Below, piece after piece: positions 1 through 9,674 of a stretch of 64,000 nucleotides of DNA (its first letter is position 1; each line of letters opens with the position of its first letter). The stretch spans positions 2,880,001 through 2,944,000 of the forward strand of contig CAVWVQ010000003.1 in the NCBI GenBank assembly GCA_963758525.1. The letters run 5' to 3'. Source of the DNA: an uncultured Phycisphaerales bacterium (GTDB lineage Bacteria > Planctomycetota > Phycisphaerae > Tepidisphaerales > Tepidisphaeraceae). A program made the position numbers and the translations under genes. Below the pieces are notes generated by a model. That model ran no database searches and was not told the DNA's origin. It worked only from the letters and a program-made list of their open reading frames with translations.

Positions 1-575
1 AGGAAAGGGGCCAGCCATCAGTCAGGCCAGCTGCCAGCTTCTTCACCATCCAAGTTCTCTGGTTTACGCTGCGTTCCCATGGCTCGAAGGCTGCGATCCT
101 CGGTCGACGGTCAGGTCTTTCATGTGCCGAAGCACGTGCCGAAATATTACATCTTCCGTTCCGCCCCCCACCTCGATCTTCCCCCTGAGTACGAGGGGAG
201 GAGGTAGGAGGATGAATTCGAGCACCGAATAAGCGGCAATGCATATCTGTTGCTTGTCGTAAGGCAAGCGATTTTTTGTTATTTACGCATCGCTCGAATA
301 CGTAAAATTCTGTAAAGTTGTGTAAAGCCAATCGCTGATTCCGAGCGGCAAACGAGGGTTGACCGCCCGGCGGTCACTCCCGTTGTCCCGGATTGTAAAG
401 CGGCTGTTTGCCCCCTTGCAGCCCGTGGTAAAAGTTCCCGCGCGCGCGGGACTTGCTTGCGGCTTCGGGCCGGGCTCTTCGTTGTCGAGATTCGCCCGCA
501 TCGTCGCCGGGTATCCGACGACTTCGGCAAATCTGTCCTTGCAAGTCTCAGTAACAGGTTGTGAAATCGGACGGA

Positions 576-2124
576 ATGTCGGCGGCTGTCGAATCCCCAC
601 TGAGTGAGGCGCTGCGACGCAGGGTCATCGGCGCCGGCGGCTCAACGCGATTGGGAAAATCGCTCTTCCTTGTGGCGCTGCTCATTGGCGTGGTTTGCCG
701 GGTGGCGCAATACGCATCGGATCAATCCTACTGGCATGACGAGTCCGCGATTGTTCTCAACATTCGCAGCCACACCGCCCGGCAACTCCTGGGTCCGCTC
801 GATTTTGAGCAGGCGGCGCCGCCGATGTTTTTGCTTACCGAGCGAGCGGTTTTCAATCTGGCGGGCGGCTCGGAGTACGCCATGCGCCTGCTCCCATTCT
901 TGGCTGGGATCGGAGGGCTTTGCGTGTTCGCTCTCCTCGCGCGGCGGCTGCTGACTGCGCCATGGGACGCGTTGGCCCTGGCATGCTTCGCGCTTGGAGA
1001 TCGGCTGATCTGGCACGCGTCGGAAGCCAAGCCATATGCGCTGGACCTTTTCGTCGCGCTCTTACTGACGCTGCTGGCGGCGGGACAGCGGCGCGGACTG
1101 CCAGCTTCGACCCGGCTGCTTCGGGTGGCGCTGGCCGCGACGCTGGCGATGTGGTTCTCTTATCCAACCGTCCTGATTTTCGCGGCGCTGAGCCTCGCGC
1201 TGCTTCCCGAGACTGTTTCGGCAACCGGCGACGGGTGGATCCGTTATGTCCTGCTGAATGTTCCGCCGGCGGCGTCGTTTCTCTGCGTTTTTGCTCTTTC
1301 GGTACGGGTGCAGCAAAGCCATGCGCTGGTCCATTATTGGGACAGCGAATTTCTTGATCTGCACCGACCCTGGGAGTGGCCGTGGTGGCTTGCGCCATGT
1401 GCATTCGCTTTGCAATTACGCGTTGCCCCTTGCGGGACCGGCGGTTCTCGTCGGCGCGGTCGCGGGCGGGGTGGCGCTCTACCGCACGCGCGGGAAGCAG
1501 TTGCTGGCGATCCTTGCCGGTCCGTTGGCGATTGCGATCGTCGCGGCGGCGGCACACCGCTACCCGTTTGACGGGGCCCGGCTCACCCTCTTTCTCAGCG
1601 GATCGATGCTGCTCCTGGCCGTCATCGGGTTTGAATGGATCTTCTCGCAGGCGCCGCTGCGGCTGCGAAAGGCGACGCTGGCGCTTCCTGCATACGTGCT
1701 GATCACTGCGCTGATAACGGCGGCCATTCACATCGTTCACCCGCGCAACCGCGGCCACATGCGGCCGCTCGCGGAGCACCTCGCACGGCAAGTGAGGAGC
1801 GACGACGCGCTGTTTGTTCTCGAGCAATGCGAATTTGAATGTTATTGGAATTCCGATGACCCGCGTCTCCATTGGTCGCTTCCCCGCGCGGATGCCATCA
1901 CCGCTCGTCGGTTCTGGATCGTGTGGTCGTTTTCCAACACGCGCGCCGCCTCGCGGCGCGAGGCGATTCTCCAATGGGCGCGGAAATTCGCGAGGCAACG
2001 CGAACTGTTTGATTTGCGCGACGCACAGGCGGTGCTCTTTGAATCGACGGGCGCACCGATCGCGCCTCGCGACAACCAACCCCCGGATGTTGCGGGCGTG
2101 CCACATGATGCTCATCGCGATTGA
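576..2124 (+). CDS. GT-C fold membrane glycosyltransferase (ArnT/PMT-like, GT39/83), frameshifted near 1390
   Basis: ORF 561..1571 has the N-terminal SYWHDE and QAAPP motifs and multiple TM segments. The hydrophobic frame continues in ORF 1258..2124 from LRHVHSLCNY (YPFDGARL motif). ATG at 576. Confidence 0.7.
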
Positions 2125-2149
2125 GCCGAAGTGATTCGTTTTCCCGCCG

Positions 2150-2935
2150 TCAACCGCCCTTGAACAGCCGGTTTATTTTCTTCAGCAGCTTCAGGCCGTG
2201 CAATTTCTGCAGATCGTTGAGCCGTCCCTTCACCGCGCCCACCTCGTGTTCGAGCACCGAAATGTGCGCCGCATCGGCAATGTCTGGTAGCGCATCGGCG
2301 TTTTGCTGATGGGTGATCGCGACCCATTTCTGCTGATTGGTGTGCGTCCAGCTCAGCGGCCGGCAGAGCAGCCCTTCGTCAGCCGCGAGTTTGGCGAAAT
2401 GTTCAACGGTGTAGCAGACCCTGCCTGGGTAAACCCATTCGGCGCCTTCATAGTCGGTTTCTCCAGGGAAATAGGTGGCCGCGAAGATGCCCGAAGGTTC
2501 CAGCGCCTGTTTCGCCTGGGAAAAACAGCGGCGAATTTGCGCCTGGGTGGCGTGTGAGAAGATCGACTGTGCCAGCATGTAGTCAAACTTGCGTCCAAAG
2601 GCGGTCAGCGTGAAATTCGTGTCATTGCTGAAGCTCGGCTGCTTGATCGCGACCAGATCCCCGCCAAGTTCAGTTTCGACTCCCTGATCGATGAGCCATT
2701 GCTCGGGCTCGATGCCGAAATATTTGCCGCGCTCCAGGTAGGGAATGAACAGTCGGCCGCCGCGCAGGGAGCCGCAGCCAATATCCAACAGCGTATGTTG
2801 CTGGCGAAGGCCCAGCGCTGTGAGCAGATTGAACTGACCCGCGCTGGCCAGGTCATATTTCTCCGGCGGCCCCACGAATTCGCGATGCGCCGCAGGGTGT
2901 TCACCAGACGATTCCGCCGAAGCCGGGCTGCTCAT
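2150..2935 (-). CDS. class I SAM-dependent methyltransferase
   Basis: LLDIGCGSLRGG motif I, FDYMLAQSIFSH motif; ATG at 2935 just downstream of the upstream gene stop. Confidence 0.85.
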   Translation of the reverse strand: MSSPASAESSGEHPAAHREFVGPPEKYDLASAGQFNLLTALGLRQQHTLLDIGCGSLRGGRLFIPYLERGKYFGIEPEQWLIDQGVETELGGDLVAIKQPSFSNDTNFTLTAFGRKFDYMLAQSIFSHATQAQIRRCFSQAKQALEPSGIFAATYFPGETDYEGAEWVYPGRVCYTVEHFAKLAADEGLLCRPLSWTHTNQQKWVAITHQQNADALPDIADAAHISVLEHEVGAVKGRLNDLQKLHGLKLLKKINRLFKGG

Positions 2936-2942
2936 TGATTCC

Positions 2943-4562
2943 TCAGTTGATCTTGTCGACGCGATGGAGAACCCACGGCTGGCCGTCCTGGGGCCCCTGG
3001 ACGGGCTCGCCAAGCGGCGCGCCGAGCTTCAGTTTCCGCTTGCTCAACTCAGCCTGCAGCGTGCTGGCGTGAACTGCTTCGCCAGACGCCGGGCGCGATT
3101 CGTCAAAGAACCCCTCCAGCGCGAATGCCGGTTGCCTGGGTCCCAGCAGGACGGTGTCCCCTTTTTCCAGCGCATACCGCCCGCTGATGTACGTCAGAAT
3201 GCGCGCGCACTTCGGCTCGACCAGCACCCAGTCGCGCGGTCCGACGTGCGTCTCCAGCAGCTTTCCGACGTTGCTCAACGACGCATAACATCCATCGCGG
3301 TAATGCTCGATGAACGGCACGCGCCGTTGCTCGAACGCCACCATCTGACCCAGCCGCAGCAGGTTGGTCGTCCCTCCCAGTATCAGCAGCCCCAGCAAGA
3401 CTTTGTCGGCCCACCGAGGCGGCAGCCGATGATTCAGCTTCGACAGCACGTCCCACCACGCGAAGACCAGAAGCGGAATCACGGGGAGAAAATAACGGTC
3501 CAGCGGCTTGAACAGGCAGAGCATCAGCACCGTGACAATCGCCCAGACGCCCCAGAGCTTGCGTTCGCGCAGGAGCCAGAACGACAGGCCGATCACCACC
3601 AGCGACAGCAGCGAATTCATTCCAAAAAACAGGGCGCTCCGAAGAGCGCTTTGACGCCCGACGATTCGAGCAGGCCGGGAATATTTTCCTTGAAAATCTG
3701 TCGCAGCAGCGTGGAAAGGCTGGCAAACTTCACGTTCAGCAGATAGTCCTCGTACCCGCCCACGCTGGGCGAGCCATGATGATGGCGAATGTTGAGTTTC
3801 CAGTAGAACAGCACGGCGGCGACGATAATTGTCGTAGCGATGAGAGCCGCCCAGAGGCGGGGAATTTCGCCCGCGAGCGCCGACCACATCACGCCGATCA
3901 CAATCGCCGCCAGGAGCAGAAGCATCACCGGGCGCATCGACATCGCCATCCCCAGGCCGCCGATGAGAAAAACCCAGTCAAACCATCGGGGCTGATGGGC
4001 TGGATCGCGCCGTGCGCGAAGACGATCGATTCGAGTCCGACGAGAACCGCCATGACCGCCACCAGAAACGGCATGTCCGACAGGAGTTCATACGAGTAGC
4101 GGTAGAAGAGCCGCGTCATGCCCAGCCCGAGCGTGACCATCGCGGCGGTCGGCCGGTCCGAGTGAAGCAGAAACAGCCGGTAGGTCAGCCCCAGCGCCGC
4201 CCATCCCATGAGGAGCATCACGATCAGCAGCGGCACGACGCTCTGCGTATGGAGGAGCCTGAAGATTCCCGCGAAAAGCAGAGGCAGCCCGGGATACGCC
4301 AGATGATGGGCAATTCCACGATAGGAATAGCCCAGCCCCATGCTGAGATTTGCGCCAGGCTGAGGTACAGCGCGCTGTCGCGCTCCACGCGCCACTGCCC
4401 GTTGAAACCGGCGAGATACATCGCGAACACCGCCAGAAAAAGCACGCGCCGATGGCGGTCGACGATGCCCAGGATCTTGTCAGAAAGACGCGACGGCTCT
4501 GCCTGCGGCCGCGCCATGACAGCGCTGCTCGTCGCGTGGTTCGCAACTTCGGTAACTTCCAT
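2943..4562 (-). CDS. multi-pass membrane protein, probable GT-C glycosyltransferase, split by three frameshifts
   Basis: Consecutive hydrophobic segments in ORFs 4224..4610 (DSALYLSLA), 3925..4395 (YPGLP, LLSDMPF), 3617..3949 and 2943..3887 (RYFLPVIP) join into one GT-C-like protein. Confidence 0.65.
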
Positions 4563-4767
4563 TGGTGCTCTGGCTGCCAATATAGTCCCCAACGCCCCGT
4601 GGGCAATCACGACGCAAATCGATCCGAAGCGCGGTCGCCGCTCGCGGCCTCCCAGCTTGCGCCTTCATCACCACTTGTCGGCGTCGCTCTCGTAGCTCGC
4701 TTTACGTTGTCGCTGGACCGGAAGGCGGCTATGCTTTCTTGAACAGTCCCAAGAGGAGCCGCTTTTC

Positions 4768-5412
4768 TTGCAAATCCTGGAGAAAGTTCCAACTCCCGCT
4801 CAGAATCCCCCAGTGCCGCGCGGTAGCGCCGGCAGGATTGTCGTTCTGGTCATTTGCATCGCCCTGATCGTGGAAGGCGCGGTGGCCTGGACCACGACGG
4901 TCCGGTGGTGGTTTTTCCCCAATAACTTTGCCGTCGTCGAGCCGGGGAAGCTCTACCGCAGCGCCCAGCTCTCACGGTATCTGATCCGCCGGACGCTGCT
5001 GGATCACCACATCGGCCTGGTCATCGATCTGTCCAGAGACGATACCCCCGACACCGCCGCCGAACGGCGAATCACTTCCGAGCTTGGCATCCCCCGGCTC
5101 AATTTCGTGCTGCGCGGCAACGGCACCGGCCATCCCGACCGCTACCCCAGCGCCATCGCCGCCATCGTCCACGCCAACGCCGCGGGGAAAGCCGTTCTGG
5201 TCCATTGCCAATCCGGCGCCCAGCGCACCGGCGGGGTGATCGCCACCTATCGAATGCTCATCGAGGGAAAAAGCGAAGCCGAAGCATTTGCCGAAGCGGA
5301 GCGATACGGGCACGATCCGAAGCGCAACCCGAACCTCATTCCGTTCGTTGAGTCGCACCTTCAGGAATGGAAAGCGCAACTGGCGGCTGAGCATGTGTTG
5401 CCGGGGACTTGA
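4768..5412 (+). CDS. membrane-anchored dual-specificity/tyrosine protein phosphatase
   Basis: NFAVVEPGKLYRSAQ and the catalytic HCQSGAQRTG (CX5R) motif; N-terminal TM helix; GAGGAG upstream. Confidence 0.85.
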   Translation: MQILEKVPTPAQNPPVPRGSAGRIVVLVICIALIVEGAVAWTTTVRWWFFPNNFAVVEPGKLYRSAQLSRYLIRRTLLDHHIGLVIDLSRDDTPDTAAERRITSELGIPRLNFVLRGNGTGHPDRYPSAIAAIVHANAAGKAVLVHCQSGAQRTGGVIATYRMLIEGKSEAEAFAEAERYGHDPKRNPNLIPFVESHLQEWKAQLAAEHVLPGT

Positions 5413-7401
5413 ACTTTGGCGCAGTGCCGGCAAAGGCGATAAGACGGCCAAGCCTCTTTGAATTTCAACCGCTTCATTTCCCCTTTGCTTGGTGCAACGA
5501 ATTTCCGGCAGCGACGATGTCAGCCTTGAGCGTTGCATTGTTCAGGATGGCATCGTAGGTTCCCGACGCCGCTGACGTGTCCTGGGCGAACAAAGCCTGC
5601 GCTATCTGTTTTTGAGCCGAGGCGCTGATGCCCAATTGGTCCGATGTGCCCACGAACGCGGCAGGCAGCCCGTTGTTGTCTACCGTTTGCTCAAAGTTAT
5701 CCACGTCGTTCGAGGAAACCGTGGTCTGGCCAAGGCCGGCTTTGTCGAGTTGCGCCGTTTCACGCTCCGTCAGCTTCGGCTCGGCCAATAAGAAAGAGGC
5801 CTCGCGCAATTTGTAGGCCGTGAGCGCAGAGCGTTGTATCTTCTCCCACTTGGTGCTCTTCGCACTCGTCGCGCCGCTGAGACGGTTCTCAGTGGTATAT
5901 GCCGCACTGGCGTAGTCAATGATCTCTTCGAGGTTCAATTCGACAACATTGATTGCCGAAACAAGCGGCTTGGCATTCTTAACGCCAACAAAGCTCTTGG
6001 CGGTTGAGAATATTGCCCTGGTCGGTGCTGCGGGTTTGGCGATAGTCTCATAGGCCGGGCTTGCAGGGTCCACTGCAAGTTGATCGAGATCCAATGACGC
6101 GAGCGCCGAGAGAACCGCGTTCGTAGTCGCCGCTGAAGCGATGCCGGGGACGTTAGGGACGTCGCTTGCAAAATCATTGGCCGCAGCTGCAGCGCCAGCT
6201 GCGGAAGTATCGAAACCGGCTGAGGTCGTCGACACGGCGGCTTGCTGCGATGGGGTCAGGCCGCTATTCGTCGACTGTACGTAAGCAGTGACTACCGCTG
6301 ATTCGTCTCCGTCCCAGCCTTGGGATATTGCGGAGAGTGAATCGACCGAGCTCTGGTTGTTTGAAGTCACCGCTTGGGTGGTGTAACTGTATACCGAGGT
6401 CGCGTTATACGTCGCGTCGTTCGCTACGGTGCCACCGTTGGCGTTTGTGATCAGCAGCGACTCGCCTTCACCATTCTCATTTTCGTCGGTCGTTGAATAC
6501 TGAATTTCGACGGAGATTGCGGTACCCGGCGCAACGCCGTCAAGTGGCACTGGACCTCCATCAATGGGAATGTTGAATGTCCCAGGCATTCCGGTCACCG
6601 TTACCGAGCCCATGGCCGTAATGCTTGAATCCATATTTAACGTTTCGGTGACGGTTGCCGTCCCGCTTGCCACACCCGTCACCATACCATCACCGTCGAC
6701 GGTTGCAGTCTGGTCGTCGCTGGAGCTAAAGGTGACTGCGCCAGGGTCCAAGATGATTGGCTTGCCTTTTGCGCCGTTTGCGGTGACGTTCAACGCTTCA
6801 GTCCCACCAACATCGAGCGCAATGGGAGCGATGGTAAAAGTGGTTGCATAGTTCCCGTGCATGAGCAGCGTCATGTCGTCGGATTGCCGTCCCGAATCAC
6901 CCTGAAAACTGATGGAACTGAGGTCATTGGCCGCGGCAGTATAATTGGTGCCTGCGTTATCCGAGTTACTACCCTGAATCTCGGCCCGAAGCGCGGGCGT
7001 TGACAACACACCTTGATACTTCATATCGACTAGGGCGATTTGCGGATCGCGGTCGAGTTTATAAAACTCGGACTTGTAATTCCCCTGCGCAGCGTTGAAC
7101 TTCACATATATCGTATACAAAAGTACGGTCCAAGCCTGCGCTGGCGTGATGACCGGAGTCTTAGACTGCGGATTAGCGTTATAGGACTTCATCACGTCCG
7201 AGTATTTAAGCCCCGCCGCAGCCAAGGCCTTGGTAGCAAATGCCTTATTGTTGTGCGGCCCGCTCGCCGCTACATTCAAGCCGTACCCAACCGTCGGGAC
7301 CGGCGGCACGTCACTGTCTGAGTAGACATAATCCCGAAATTTTTCGTGGTAGGCAATTACCTCAGCCATTGCGGGATCCACTGGGCTAATTGGGCCAGCT
7401 A

Positions 7402-8322
7402 GGCTCTGTCTGACGGATCGAATGTTCGGCGCTCGTTAGGTATTGCGCGTTCTTCTATGATCGTCATGATGTTCTCCACATGGAGGACAGATGGCGCACT
7501 ACGAACTCACGGATGATCACTGGAACCTGATCAAGGCACTTTTCCCCGTACAAAAACGTGGCGGACGATGGAACGACCACCGCATCACGCTCAATGGGAT
7601 GCTCTGGATTCTTCGCTCCGGAGCTCCATGGCGAGACATGCCCGAACGCTACGGGAAATGGAAGAGCGTCTATGATCGCTTCAACCGCTGGCGGCGCGAA
7701 GGCTTCTTCGATCGCATCCTCAAAGCACTGCGGATTCGACTCAACAAGGAGGGCAAGATCGATTGGGATCTCTGGCTCGTCGACGGCTCCAATGTGCGTG
7801 CTTCTCGCGCTGCCGCCGGGCGCGCAAAAGGGGGCGCGGCCTCGACTTCGAACCGGCCGACCACGCGCTGGGCCGCTCGCGCGGCGGATGGGGATCAAAG
7901 TTCCACGTGGTTACTGACGGAAAGGGCCTTGTGCTCGCCGTCACCGTTACCGCGGGGCAAACGCACGAATCCACGCAGCTCCACAAGGTGATGCACGCGG
8001 TGCAGCCCCCCTGCACATCGGCTGGCCGGGGAAGATCGCGGGCGACAAAGGGTACAGCTACGAAACCGTTCGCCAGTTCCTGGCCGATTGCGGGATCGAA
8101 GCCGTCATCCCGCGCAAATCCAATCAGCCACGACCAAAGGGCGAGCGATTCGATAAAAGCAGCTACCGCAAACGAAGCCGCATCGAGTGTGCTATCGGAT
8201 GGCTCAAGGAATGTCGTCGGCTGGGAACACGCTATGAGAAGCTGGCTCTTAACTTCTTGAGCTTCGCCAAACTCGCTATCATGCTGAAATACCTGAGGGT
8301 TCTCGATCCGTCAGACAGAGCC
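7402..8322 (+). mobile_element. IS5-family insertion sequence (IS427-like subgroup)
   Basis: Perfect 20-bp terminal inverted repeats GGCTCTGTCTGACGGATCGA (7402-7421 and 8303-8322) flanked by a TA duplication (7400-7401, 8323-8324). Confidence 0.95.
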
Positions 8323-8325
8323 TAA
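7491..8325 (+). CDS. IS5-family transposase (probable programmed -1 frameshift at AAAAGGGGG, 7826-7834; second shift in the C run at 8006-8011)
   Basis: YELTDDHW...LRSGAPWRDMPERYGKW (DUF4096-type N-terminus); GRSRGGWGSKFH; AGDKGYS; YRKRSRIEC..GWLK..RRLGTRYEK. Confidence 0.9.
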
Positions 8326-8655
8326 CGGACCGCTAATGCCATCCCCGGCACCGGCAAGAACCTCACTTGCATTTGCGTGAATGACGTCATAACCCGCCTG
8401 TGTTACAGCATTTGGATCGTTTATGTCTATGGAATAGGAAAATAGAATTCTAGCTTCCAAGCTCTGAATCATTTGATGCCCCTTCTGGAGGATTGGACAA
8501 TATTGGCATTCCAGCGAGAGTCAGTCAAGATAATCCCCGAGCCACGACAGAAATGCAGCGTGGCTTCGAGGCTGACTACGTATTGGCAGTCCGCGGGTCG
8601 ATTTGGAGCCGGAAATCGCTGGTTGTAATCGCCGATAAGCCGATAAGCCGGCTAT

Positions 8656-8760
8656 ATGCAAACGTCGATCCGCCAGCCGTACGCTGAATTGAGTCTGCCC
8701 GGGATCAAGCCGATCGATTTCCGCTCGCGGCCCACACGGATCATCGGCGAGCGCTTTTTG
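8656..8760 (+). pseudogene. ASCH-domain gene 5' remnant, copy 1
   Basis: Translates to SIRQPYAELSLPGIKPIDFRSRPTRIIGERF, the ASCH N-terminal signature (SIxQPxAxLIxxGxKxxExR); similarity ends at GERF. Confidence 0.7.
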
Positions 8761-8762
8761 AG

Positions 8763-9014
8763 TCAATCTTCCAGCGTTGGGATGAGCAGCACGCGTTTGT
8801 CGCCTTCGGCGCGGAGTTGCCGCTCGATCTGTGACATTAGCCTGGCGTGATCGGAGGCGCGAACGCCGGGTTGGCTGGGAACAACAACAACATAAAGCCA
8901 GTCGTCATCCAGTTTGGAGTCTGACACCTTGAGGTGGATGCCTTGCGTCTCCGCCTGTTTGAGAAGGTGCTCGACCTTTTTCACGATGGGATCAATTTGC
9001 TGCAGGGTGGGCAT
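8763..9014 (-). CDS. small hypothetical protein, putative partner/antitoxin of the adjacent HEPN protein
   Basis: 83-aa ORF with globular composition and GAAAGG upstream, co-oriented downstream of the HEPN gene. Confidence 0.7.
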   Translation of the reverse strand: MPTLQQIDPIVKKVEHLLKQAETQGIHLKVSDSKLDDDWLYVVVVPSQPGVRASDHARLMSQIERQLRAEGDKRVLLIPTLED

Positions 9015-9090
9015 GCCGGGCCTTTCAAACCTAAATGAACGTGCGCGATTACGCGCACGTGCGAGCAGTATGCTGCCCTCAGGGCAGCCG

Positions 9091-9490
9091 CTAAACGGTT
9101 TTTGGAAGCGCGTAATCGCGCAAGGTCATATAGAACGAATCAAAGATCGTCTTCATGATGGTGATCGCTTCTCGTGCGTCCCGGCTCTCGACGGCAACCG
9201 AGGGCTTGTAGTCGGCGTCGATCCGAAGCGTATACAATCGCCCGACCAATTCGGACAACTTTTCGCGTTTCTCCTGCCGCATGTTGGGCATGCTGGTCTC
9301 GATGAGCCTTCGAATGCCTGCACGACCGGTTTTGCCCGGATGACTCGGCCCCTCGCGATCGGGTGGCATGGTCAAACCCGCCGTTACAACCAACTCATGG
9401 GTGACCTTCGAATAAGCGGCATAGTAAGCTCGTGACATGCACGAGCGAAATCTTTCCAGCTCCATCAGCTCGTTCTAATTCAACCCACAT
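9091..9490 (-). CDS. HEPN domain protein (UPF0332-like), 5' end probably frameshifted or deleted
   Basis: SRAYYAAY and LYTLRIDADY motifs in ORF 9091..9465; an out-of-frame ATG at 9490 (MWVEL) is a plausible original start. Confidence 0.75.
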
Positions 9491-9539
9491 ATTTCACACC
9501 CGAAGCATCATCGCAGCATTTTAGCCGATACCGCATACT

Positions 9540-9662
9540 ATGCGAGCGCTAAGCATCCGTCATGCTAAGCATCCGTCAGCCGTACGCTGAATTGATTCCG
9601 CGGGGAGTCAAGCCGATCGGGTCCCGCTCGCGACCGGCGCGGTCATCGGCGAGCGGTTTTTT
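9540..9662 (+). pseudogene. ASCH-domain gene 5' remnant, copy 2
   Basis: MRALSIR, a 15-nt tandem duplication (9548-9562 / 9564-9578), then LSIRQPYAELIPRGVKPIGSRSRPAR-IGERF with a 1-nt deletion. Confidence 0.7.
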
Positions 9663-9674
9663 AAGACCTCCTTG

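Larger units (their letters stand above)
5474..8472 (-). pseudogene. secreted LEPR-XLL-type protein with GH24/T4-type lysozyme domain, Big_2 Ig domain and helical C-terminal domain, interrupted by an IS at 7402-8322
   Basis: ATG at 8472 (GAAGGGG upstream) gives MIQSLEARILFS...GISGPL. After removing the IS and one TA this joins in frame to AGPISPVDPAM... of ORF 5474..7381. Lysozyme motif HEKFRDYVYSDS..PTVGYG; Ig motif VTFSSSDDQTATVDGDGMVTGVASGTATV. Confidence 0.85.

Noticed and set aside
1..560. Short ORFs and a possible riboswitch at the window start
   Set aside because: No recognisable protein or RNA motif. An ATG at 49 (minus strand, MVKKLAAGL) may begin a gene leaving the window but cannot be supported.
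5474..9662. Prophage remnant suggested by the lysozyme domain
   Set aside because: No holin, structural, integrase or replication genes; the lysozyme domain is fused to a host-type export motif.
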